Positions 27,941 to 40,325 of a stretch of DNA of 64,000 bases are shown one piece after another. The translations under genes and the position numbers were made by a program. Under the pieces are notes generated by a model that was given only the letters and a program-made list of their open reading frames with translations, searched no databases and was not told the DNA's origin. The stretch covers positions 53,196,001 to 53,260,000 of the forward strand of contig OX597828.1 in NCBI GenBank assembly GCA_951406725.2, in the 5' to 3' direction. Source of the DNA: Octopus vulgaris. Lineage: Eukaryota. Every line of letters begins with the position of its first letter. The first letter of the stretch is position 1.

Positions 27941-28212
27941 GAAAGAGTAATATTTTGAGCAAGTGAGTGAAAGAGAGAGAGAGAGAGAGAGAGAGTGTGT
28001 GTGTGTGTGTGTGTGTGTAGGAGTGTGAAAGAGAGGTTATAAAAGTGTGAGAATAGAGACACTTTTATAGTGTGGAAGACGGAATGGTGATAAGAGAGAG
28101 ACAATGAGAAAGAGAGACGAGGAAACACAAACAATGAAAGGAAAAAAATGGAGAAAAGAGAGAAAATGTAAGGAGTGCATGAGAAAATAGTAAAAAAGAG
28201 AGAGAAAACATA

Positions 28213-28443
28213 TATTTCTTTACTACCCAAAAGGGGCTAAACACAGAGAGGACAAACAAGGACAGACAAACGGATTAAATCGATTACATCGATCCCAGTG
28301 TGCAACTGGTACTTAATTTATCGACCCCGAAAGGATGAAAGGCAAAGTCGACCTCGCGGAATTTGAACTCAGAACGTAACGACAGACGAAATATGGCCAC
28401 GCATTTCGCCCGGCGCACTAACGATTCTGCCAGCTCGCTGCCT
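28213..28443 (-). mobile_element. SINE family A, full length, LINE-like tail
   Basis: Near-consensus reverse complement of 26044-26275. Confidence 0.9.
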
Positions 28444-28829
28444 GGTAAAAGAGAAAATATAGTGAGTGAATAAAACTTGAGTGAGATATATATTAAGATA
28501 AAGAGGGATAAAGGAGATAGAAGTAATGCTTAGAAATCAGAAAGAGTAAGAGAAGGAAAAAGAGAGAGAGAGAGGGAGAGTGTGTGTGTGTGTGTATGTG
28601 TGTGTGTGTTGCTTACGAATACTCTGTCACAGGGTATCGGTAGAAACAGACAGAGAGAGAGGGCATCAGTAGAGAGAGAGGGGGAATCGGTAGAGAGAGA
28701 GAGAGAGAGAGAGAGAAAAGAGAAAATAAACTGTTCTGTCAGCGATTCCTGTTTGAAGAATGTTCAAACTCAACGACATGAAACTCAGAGTAACTTAAAG
28801 TCTAAACTGCGGTAAAAATTATTTAGAAA

Positions 28830-29647
28830 TAATGATTTCAAATTTGGGGACAAGGGCTGAATTATTTTGTAGGATGGATAAATCGATATTATCGACCCCA
28901 GTGTTCAACTGGTACTTATTTCATCGACGCTGAATGGAATGAAAGGCAAAGTCAACCTCGGTGAAATTTGAACTCAGAGCGTAAAGACGAACGAAATACT
29001 GCTAAGCATTTTGCCCGTCGCGCTAACGATTCTTCCAGTTTGCTGCCCTAATAATTATTCTAAATAATCTATTCTACTCTAGGCACAAGGCCCGAAATTT
29101 TGTGAGGGAGGGCCAGTCGATTATATCGACCCCAGTACGCAACTGGTACTTAATTTATCGACCCCGAAAGGATGAAAGTTGAAGTCAACCTCGGCGGATA
29201 TGAACTCAGAACATAAAGACAGACGAAATACCTATTTCTTTACTGCCCACAAGGGACTACACACAGAGGGGACAAACAAGGACAGACAAAGGTATTAAGT
29301 CAATTATATTGACCCCAGTGCGTAACTGGTACTTATTTAATCGACCCCGAAAGGATGAAAAGCAAAGTCGACCGCAGCGGAATTTGTACTCAGAACGCAG
29401 CGGAGAACGGAATACCTATTTCTTTACTACCCACAAGGGGCTAAACACAGAGAGGACAAGCAAGGACAGACAAACGGATTAAGTCGATTATATCGACCCT
29501 AGTGCGTAACTGGTACTTATTTAATCGACCCCGAAAAGATGAAAGGCAAAGTCGATCTCGGCGGAATTTGAACTCAGAACGTAGCGGCAGACGAAATACT
29601 GCTGAGCATTTCGCCCGGCGTGCTAACGTTTCTGCCAGCTCGCCGCT
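28830..29647 (-). mobile_element. Cluster of family A SINEs: one old copy (28830-29048) and a three-unit array (29070-29647)
   Basis: Units joined at ...AAAGAAATA|GGTATT... (29232/29233 and 29416/29417). Confidence 0.9.
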
Positions 29648-30089
29648 CTAATAATTATTTAAAATGCCAAAACATTTTCACCTTGAAATAATATCATTTC
29701 ATTTCCAGAGGAGGGTTTGATTGGTATCCTGAATGCTAGAATGAAGTCTAATTTCTGTCTCTCTCCCTCTTACTCTTTCTCTTTCTCTCTCTTTCTGTCC
29801 CTCTCCCCCACTTTCTCCCCCTCTCTCTCTCTCTATCTATCTGTATATGGATCATTCGTAGTGATCGGGTATCGCAGTATATTATCACAATACAAATCGA
29901 AATACGCTGCGAAAGGTTTTTACTCTGCGGTTGCGCAAAACAGCAAGAAGGAGAAATGCAAGCAGATGGTTACCATCTTTCACAACGAGCTGGAAGCCAT
30001 TAAGTCACTACCACATGAGCGTTCCAGAAGATGGCAATGATACCACTTTAGATACAACTGTGAGTAAACGAATCAGTGTCACTAACATA

Positions 30090-30300
30090 GTGGATGCGCG
30101 TCGCGTGGCTTAGTGGTTAGTATATTGGACTCATGATCGTAAGACTGTGGTTTCGATTGCTGGACCGTTGCTCCAGTCCAGTCAGATGGCAAAAATGAAT
30201 AATCTTGTGACGGACCGGCGACCCGTCCAAGCGGGGAATATATACGCCACGGAAGCCGGGAAACCGGCCCTTATCAGTCGATTTGACTCGAAATGCTATC
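30090..30300 (+). mobile_element. SINE family C, internally deleted
   Basis: GCGTGGCTTAGTGGTTAG A box, TCATGATCGTAA, GGTTTCGATT B box, GTTGCTCCAGTCCA. Confidence 0.7.
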
Positions 30301-30325
30301 TTAAATTTTACTTTTGTCACTAATA

Positions 30326-30832
30326 TGTTTCTTTATTAGCCACACAGGGCTGGACACAGACGGAACAAGTTACAAAGTAGTGCTTTTCTTTCTGGGGAGA
30401 GAAAAAAAATGGTGGGGTAGGTTTTCGATCAAAAGGGATCGTAGAAAGGAAAAAAATATTTAAAAAAAACGATCAATAGGGATCGTGTATCACGGAAATG
30501 TCATGATGTAAATTGCAAAGGGGGAAGCAAATAAAGTTTATCCGTGGAAAGAAAAGCATACGGAAAAGACCACAGTAACCTCGGTCATTAATGTCATATG
30601 TTAACACATTTATTTGCAAGTAAGTAACTCTCTGTTTTAAATGTTTCCGTGTTCATAGGATTATGCTCAAGGTAACTTCGTCATTCATACGTGCCATCCT
30701 TGCTACATTCGCCCATCATTTTTTAAAACATTCGCTAGACAAAACTTGCCTCTCAACTCTCACTCTTCCTTTTCAAGTGATACTTGAAGAAGTTGATGAG
30801 AGATTGACAAGCGAGGAAAGTGTCACACTTCC
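30326..30832 (-). mobile_element. L1/Tx1-like LINE 3' end (5'-truncated), same family as 54431-56011
   Basis: Colinear similarity over the 3' UTR and ORF end (TTCGCTAGACAAAACTTGCCTCTC, CTTGAAGAAGTTGATGAGAGATTGAC). Confidence 0.9.
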
Positions 30833-31142
30833 CTGAGGGCTGGTCAGAATCACTTCTATGATGAAGGAACACGGTAAAGTCATAAAACCAAAGTTTACCC
30901 GAGGAGAACCGAAGTGGAATGTCGCTTGTGTTTAGGTATTTCTTGCAACTTCATATCATCGAATATTTCTGCTTTAAAATGTGTGATCAGCTGCGGGTGG
31001 TCGTTTCAGGGTAAGGAACCCAAATGCTGCAATTTAAATAAAACATACTAGCCTAGAGCTTTCTCCGGATTTCTCCGCCACAGGTATCTGTCCCCTCACT
31101 GCTGCAACCAAAACAGCAGCAGCAGCAGCAGCAGTTAAAGCA

Positions 31143-31203
<61 letters not shown>

Positions 31204-31595
31204 TTACTACTACTACTACCACCACCACCACCACCACTACCACTTGTACTACCACCATCATCACCACTAACACCACCAGCACCACCAACATCACTAACAG
31301 TACTACCACCATCACCACCGCCTTTACTACTACTACTTCTACTTCTACTACTACTACCACCACCACCACCACCACCACACCACCACCAGTGCTACCACCA
31401 ACACCACCCACATCACTACCAGTACTACCACCATTACTACTACTACCTCCGCCGCTATCATCACCACCAACACCACCAACACTACTACTGCTACTGCTGC
31501 TACCACTACCACTACCACCACTAGTACTACCACCACCGCCACCAGTACTACCACCATCATCACCACCAACACAACATCACCACCAACACAACAAA

Positions 31596-31684
<89 letters not shown>

Positions 31685-32118
31685 AAGCAATATTCTTATC
31701 AACGATAAGATCTTCTGCAGACATAGAAAAAAGGAGAATACGGAAAAAGACTCCATAGCAACAACAAAAAGCAGAAGGAACGTCAGAGAACGATCATCTC
31801 TCGCCTGTGGAAATGACGAGGGCGACCAGAAAATGAGGGATTAACCAGCAAGAAAACTGGTAGGCAGGAAAAATTAATTGTTAGAAATCCTAAAACCGAT
31901 GGGGCTGGGCAGCGCCAAAACAAAGATAATTAAAAAGACGCGACCAAATGTCGAACCAAAAGGCTAGCAAGCAACAAAAGCACAACAAAGGTTGTCACAC
32001 AAGCAACAAACAAATAGCCAAGCAATAAACACAACAACAACAACTGCCACAAAGGCTGCATCAACAATGGAAGCAACAGTAGCAATATCTAAAAGAGCAT
32101 AATTATCGTTAACCATAC

Positions 32119-32260
32119 CGTACATTATTTACATTTGACGGATATTTATCCTCATCTTGTTTGTTGTTAGCACAACGTTTCGGCTGATATAACCTCCAGC
32201 CTTCATCGGGTGTCTTGGGGAAATTTCGAACCTGGGTTCTCATTCCTAAGATATTTTCCG
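32119..32260 (-). mobile_element. Hammerhead-bearing 3' module of the 19932-20210 family
   Basis: Minus strand GACAC-CCGATGA-A-GGCTG-GAGGTTATAT-CAGCC-GAAA-CG-TT-GTGC at about 32168-32215. Confidence 0.7.
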
Positions 32261-32272
32261 GTGTTGTTGTTG

Positions 32273-32319
<47 letters not shown>

Positions 32320-32461
32320 GAGTGAGAGAGAAGTGCATGCCATCAAAGTGACACTGGGGTAAAATATACGAAGCCCAGTATACCCGTCATGACTACCCGT
32401 CTGATAAGGGTACACTAGGCACATGCATCACAACCATATGTGCGCTACATGGTATTATTAC

Positions 32462-32522
<61 letters not shown>

Positions 32523-32860
32523 GAGTCAGAGAGCAGTGCATGCCATTAAAGTGACACTAGGGTAAAATATACGAATATACGAAGCCCAGTATACCCATCA
32601 TGACTACCCGTCTGATAAAGGTATACCAGGCACATGCATCACAACCATATGTGCGGGACAGGGTGATCTCATATCAAGATAAACAGCGCATGACATTGCA
32701 GGTGGGGGTCCAGTTAGAATTTTCTTCCTGTTGAGTAGCCCATCCCGCTCAAAAGGTCCCTGAATAAGGATTCTTTAAGGATGTAGAACGAACCACCCAT
32801 GTTTCCAAAGGCGAATTATTCAAACCCCAAAGAATTCCTTTCAACACACGGCTATGATGC
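32320..32860 (-). mobile_element. Two co-terminal copies of a retroelement 3' end within an (ATT)n tract
   Basis: 32320-32453 and 32523-32860 start with the same GAGT(G/C)AGAGAG(C)AGTGCATGCCAT directly after (ATT)n. Confidence 0.65.
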
Positions 32861-33445
32861 TGGCAGAATAATTAGCTGGCAGAATCGTTAGCATGCCGGG
32901 CGAAATGCTCAGCGGTATTTCGTCTGCGTTACGTTGTGAGTTCAAATTCCGCCGAGGTCGACTTTGCCTTTCACCCTTTTGGGGTCGATAAACTAAGTAC
33001 CAGTTACGCACTGGGGTCGATGTAATCGACTTAATCCGTTTTTGTGTCCTTGTTTGTCCTCTCTGTGTTTAGCCCCTTGTGTGTGGTAAAGAAATAGGTA
33101 TTTCGTCTGCCGTTACGTTCTGAATTCAAATTCCGACGATGTCGACTTTGCCTTTCATCCTTTCGGGGTCGATAAATTAAGTACCAGTTACGCACTGGGG
33201 TCGATGTAATCGACTTAATCCGTTTGTCTCTCCTTGTTTGTCCTCTCTGTGTTGAGCCCCTTGTGGGTAGTAAAGAAATAAGAATCGTTAGCGCGACGCA
33301 CAAAATGATTAACGACATTTCGTAAATCTTTACGTTCTGAGTTCAAATTCCGATGGGGTCAAATTTGACTTTCATCCTTTCGGGGATCGATTAGATAGGT
33401 ACAAATTGAGCAGTGGGACCGATGCAATCGGCTTCACCCCCCACC
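32859..33445 (+). mobile_element. Nested family A SINEs: two-unit array inserted in an older copy
   Basis: Junction AAAGAAATA|GGTATTTCG at 33097; second tail (33280) is followed by AGAATCGTTAGC, continuing an older, diverged copy. Confidence 0.88.
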
Positions 33446-33631
33446 CTTTTGCTTGTTGTTATTCTTTAGTACTTTATTTTTCTCTTTCATTCGCAAGATT
33501 TTAATCTCCGACACTCCTCTGTTGTATTTTGTCTCCGTACAATCACTGAACGCATGGGCCATTGAGGTCAATAGATTACTTCATTATAATTTGAAGAAGC
33601 AGCAGCAGCAACATCAACAGCAAAAGTAGCT

Positions 33632-33713
<82 letters not shown>

Positions 33714-34512
33714 CAGCAGCAGCAGTAGCAGCGGTAGCAGCAGTAGCAGTAGCAGCAGCAGTAGTGGTAGTAGTAGTAGTAATAGTAGTAGTAGTAGCAG
33801 CAGTATAAGAAGAAGAAGAAGAAGCAGAAGAAGAAGAACGAGAAGAAGAAGAAGAAGAAGAAGAAGAAGAAGAAGAAGAACGAGAAGAAGAAGAAGAAGA
33901 AGAAGAAGAAGAAGAAGAAGAAGAAGAAGAAGAAGAAGAAGAAGAAGAAGAAGAAGAAGAAGAAGAAGAAGAAGAAGAAGAAGAAGAACAACAACAACAA
34001 CAACAACAACAACAGAAGAAGAACTGTGGAGTTATGGTAGCGGGGTGAGAAAGAAGACTGAACGAAGAAAAGAAATTGAAAAAAAAAAATACAAGGTTTA
34101 CAGAAAAAAAGATGGAAAGGAAGAGAAAGAAATACGTAGAGGCGAAAGAACAACATGGCGACGTAGATACGAAGGAAGCAACGAGAAATAGAAAGGAAAT
34201 GCAGAAAAGCGAGGGAATAAAGACTGAAAGTGAAGGTGAAGGTATAAACTAGAAGGAAATATAGGATCCTACATCAGTGTGATTGCAGGATCATTATTGC
34301 TGCAAGAGACAAGCTTTGATAGTTTGCAAACAACATTCAAATATGTATATATACGTGTGTGTGTGTATATATATATACACACACAGAGATATATACAGAT
34401 ATATAGGTTTGTACACAGAATCACATACGTGAATGTGTATATATCTGTGTATCTGTATACGTATAAATATATAAATGTGTATATATGTATATATATATAT
34501 ATATATACATAT

Positions 34513-34597
<85 letters not shown>

Positions 34598-34662
34598 TAT
34601 ATGTGTATATATATGTGTATATATATATATATATGTATGTATATATATATATACAGATACAC

Positions 34663-34700
<38 letters not shown>

Positions 34701-34778
34701 TGATATATATATATATATATTTATTTATGTACATATATATATATAAATATATACATTGATGTACATATATATATATAA

Positions 34779-34815
<37 letters not shown>

Positions 34816-34898
34816 TGTGTGCGCGTGTGTGTGCGTGTGTATGTGTGTATATAAGGGTGAATGGATTGTTGTATGTATGTGTCTTTTGATGTGAAATA

Positions 34899-34938
<40 letters not shown>

Positions 34939-35276
34939 CATATACATGTATGTATGTCTAAGCAAATACATGAAAGTTTATGCGTCGTCACAAACTCACA
35001 ACACAAGGAGAACAAGCCACCACCACCACAATCATTGCCACCAACATCATCAACATCGCTGTCATCTTCGTCATCACCATCATCATTATCAACATAAAAG
35101 GACAACAATATATACAATAACGGAAACAACACTTCCACGTCCACACTATATCGGTATATATATATGTATATATATATATGTCAGTGCTCGTGTGTGAGTG
35201 TTTGTGCGTGTGTTGTGCGTGTTTGTGTGTGTGTGTGTTGTGTGTGTGTATTTACGTATATATGCATGCATATACA

Positions 35277-35324
<48 letters not shown>

Positions 35325-35384
35325 CGAATGTATATGCATACATACATGAATACACACATACAAACATATATATATATATATATA

Positions 35385-35683
35385 CTTTATTTTAAGCAGC
35401 AGAAAATTCAACAAAATCTGTTACTCTGAGTTTCCCGTTGCCGTTCATCAGACAGTTTTTGCTAGAATGGCATTCTAGCAAAATGCCATTTGCTAGAATG
35501 GCATTCTAGCAAAATGCCATTCTAGCAAAAACTAGCAAAAACTGTCTGATGAACGGCAACGAGAAACTCAGAGTAACAGATTTTGTTGAATTTTCTGCTG
35601 CTTAAAATAAAGCATATTACTCTACCACTGGTATTTGAGTACTCTTTTTTCCACCTTGTTTCACATTTATGTGTTTACTCCGG
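35385..35683 (+). mobile_element. Short hammerhead-containing element with a 5' inverted duplication, embedded in (TA)n
   Basis: 35385-35465 is inverted relative to 35532-35612; HHR on + at 35542-35579 and on - at 35418-35455. Confidence 0.8.
35542..35579 (+). ncRNA. Putative minimal type I hammerhead ribozyme
   Basis: CTGT-CTGATGA-A-CG-GCAA-CG-A-GAA-ACTC-A-GAGT-A-ACAG: full core, stem I CTGT/ACAG, stem III ACTC/GAGT, GUA cleavage triplet. Confidence 0.7.
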
Positions 35684-35784
35684 TATATATATATATATAT
35701 ATATACTTACCTATATATAACTAAATATCTATCTGTCTATATGTATATATATAGATACAAACATATGTAGCTAATACACACACG

Positions 35785-35825
<41 letters not shown>

Positions 35826-35836
35826 GTATGTATGTG

Positions 35837-35885
<49 letters not shown>

Positions 35886-35913
35886 TGGGCGAGGGGAGAG
35901 ATAGAAATAGAGA

Positions 35914-35948
<35 letters not shown>

Positions 35949-36414
35949 GTATGTAAGTTTGTATGTATCATTGAAGAGAGGGAACAACATGGAGGAAATG
36001 AGAATAAGCTGGATGATGATCATCAGTTAAGCGACAAGAATAAACGTTAAAAAAAAGACACCAACAGCAAAAACAAAACTGCTATATCGATAACAAAAAA
36101 TGACAATTGGAATGAATGCAACGATGATGCTGATGATAGTTACGAAGACAACAAAGATGTCGGCGATGGAAAACAAGCTAGGAAGAGAGTCAGAAAAGAA
36201 AATGTGATGATACTTCGACAGGAAGGAAGACAACGCCATGAGATGCCGTGTGAGAGGAAGTTGATAGACAAGGAAGATGGAAAAACAAAATAAGGAAATA
36301 CAGGAAAATAACGAAATAAATAAGAGTGGAAAAAGAAAAAAAGAAAAAGACTGCCTGCACACAAAAATACATAAAAAGGGGGACAGCAAGTTTCTGCATA
36401 TATATATACATATG

Positions 36415-36454
<40 letters not shown>

Positions 36455-36668
36455 AATGTGTGTGTGTACGTATCTACGTATGTCTTAATTCGTATTTGTG
36501 TGTGCGCATCTGTATATATATGTATTTATACATATGCGTATATATATATATGTATGTATATGCATACACACACACACATATATATATATACATACGCATA
36601 GTTACGTGCGTACATATATGCACGCAATGTAGCTAATAAAAGATCAACTACATCTTTACGGGAAGAGG

Positions 36669-36700
<32 letters not shown>

Positions 36701-36721
36701 ATATATTTATATGTATGTATG

Positions 36722-36772
<51 letters not shown>

Positions 36773-36826
36773 GAAACACATACATATAAGTATACACACG
36801 CATATACATATAAATTTATATGTTTG

Positions 36827-36876
<50 letters not shown>

Positions 36877-37736
36877 CGCATATGTCGATAGCTGTAAAGA
36901 CACTCTCAAACATATAGAGAGAGATGGAGAGAGACCTAAAAGTATTAATTTTTTTAACATATACAAACACATACCTAAAAATATATTTGCCTCATCGTAA
37001 CTATTTCAAATTACGGAAGTTCATATTACAGCGGGCGGAAAATATCATATACTTATTATTATGTATGTATGTATGTATGTATGTATGTATGTATGTATGT
37101 ATGTATGTATGTATGTATGTATGTATGTATGTATGTATCTATATATGTATGTGCGTATGTATACATTCATGTATGTATGCATGTAAGCATGAATGAACTA
37201 CGTATATATGCATGTACGTTTTTATCTAAGTGTCCTTGCACGTATGCATGCATGTATGTGTTCGTACATTTTATATATAACTTTTGTATGAGCCTAAGTA
37301 CATTTGCATTCATTCCGGCAAGTATTCATGTATGCCTACAGGCCTGAATATACATATACATACATACATACATACATACATACATACATACATACATACA
37401 TACATACATACATACATACATACACATAGACACATAGATACACGCACATATATAAATTTGCCTCTAATCTAAAGTATATACACATATATACACACACATA
37501 TACACACGCATAATGTGAAAATACACCGACCTACACACACACACACATATATACTTACCTAAGAAAAGATACATATATAAATAATATATATAGACATACA
37601 TGCATTTACATATATGCATTTATACACACACACATACACACACACGTATATAGTCAAATCGAAACTACGAACGTTATAAATAATAACGAATATCAAGGGG
37701 ACGTGCACATGTTACTTCGACGCTCGGCAAGAAGAG

Positions 37737-37773
37737 TTTTTGACGTTTCGAATAAAGCACTTCGTCAGAAAGG
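37737..37773 (-). ncRNA. Degenerate hammerhead motif in an older pLTR-related copy
   Basis: Minus strand CTTT-CTGACGA-A-GTGCTTTATTC-GAAA-CG-TC-AAAA followed by CCGAGCGTCGAAGTAACA (compare CCTGAGCGTTATACTAATACA). Confidence 0.5.
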
Positions 37774-38213
37774 AAAAAAAAGGAAAAGGGCAATTTCGAA
37801 AGAAGTGGAGAAAATCACCAACAGCACGTATATAGTTACATTGCCGATGTGACCGAAAGTGGAAAGAAAAAAGAGAAGTGGCTTTTGGACCAAGAAAGCA
37901 AGCGACCGTTTATTATGTGCACTGCTCGGCATCCTTCTCAAATTATATCTATTTTTAATTCCTTGAAATTATTTCCTCTTTCCCTCGATAGCCACTAACA
38001 GTGTTAGTGATGTCTTTGAGTATGATACCCCACTCAAAAAGTAATGGCAAGAAACATAAAAAATAAGAATTTGTGGCGTGCGATATTTGCTCCATTATGC
38101 TAAAAATTGATTATCAAAATTCAAGAATTTCAAATTCACCCCCCCTTATATAACATTTGATATGTGTGTGTGTGACAGTGTCAGTGTGTGTGTGCATGTA
38201 TATATATATATGC

Positions 38214-38279
<66 letters not shown>

Positions 38280-38490
38280 GAATGACCATGAGATTGCACC
38301 TAGAAAGTTACCCTTCTTATGACATTCTGTTTCCCGTTACCTCTCCGTGCACTTCGCAGTATACAGTTTCAAGACCAAACTTTGTTTACGATGATACCTA
38401 ATTTGGATCCTGTATGTACCCGTTAGAATCACTCCCCAAACACACAAAAACACACACAGGCACACACACACACGCACGCACACACATACG

Positions 38491-38535
<45 letters not shown>

Positions 38536-38537
38536 GG

Positions 38538-38614
<77 letters not shown>

Positions 38615-38995
38615 GTTATTATTATTATTATTATTATTATTAGTTTATGCTATTTAAAAATCTAACGATTGATAATCAATTTGTAATAGTGAATCATAAA
38701 ACTTAAAGGAACTCGATAGAATGGCATGTCTTCATGCACAGTGAATCTCCCATACGCCATAAACATACGCGCACTATGCGAAAAAGGACTATATCCGAAA
38801 CGTTAGACATTTAGCATATCATTTTTTGCATTCCTAGAACGTGAAAGTAATATGTAACTATGAACTTCGCTAGAACTTATTATTATTTGTATTTGCTTTG
38901 AGTTACGCACATACACAGACACACACACACACACACACATATATGCACACACACAAATCAAACACACACAAACTCACCCATATGCATAAGTATAA

Positions 38996-39029
<34 letters not shown>

Positions 39030-39301
39030 TTATACAGCAATATCCTCCTTCCTTCCCACCTCATTATCTAAGATGCCTTGCCTCTTTTTTCTTACTTCTG
39101 TTAACCAAATCAGATCCAAATTTTTTAACTATAGATGTCAGTCGGTTTGGATCAAAGAAGAAAAAGACAGTGAGAGAAAGAGAGAAAGAGAGAGAGAGTA
39201 TGGGACAAAGTGAACAAGAGAGAAATAAAAAGACGTAATTAAATATAGAAGAAGAGTATATTTACTTACACACATGCAAGCACACACACACACACACACG
39301 C

Positions 39302-39332
<31 letters not shown>

Positions 39333-39409
39333 CATGCAAATATGTTTATATGTATATATATATATATAAATGACAGCCAACTACAACTTCAAGAATAATA
39401 GCTAAAGAG

Positions 39410-40325
<916 letters not shown>

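Noticed and set aside
29070-29647. CRISPR-like or satellite array
   Set aside because: The units are SINE bodies with no unique spacers, in a eukaryotic context.
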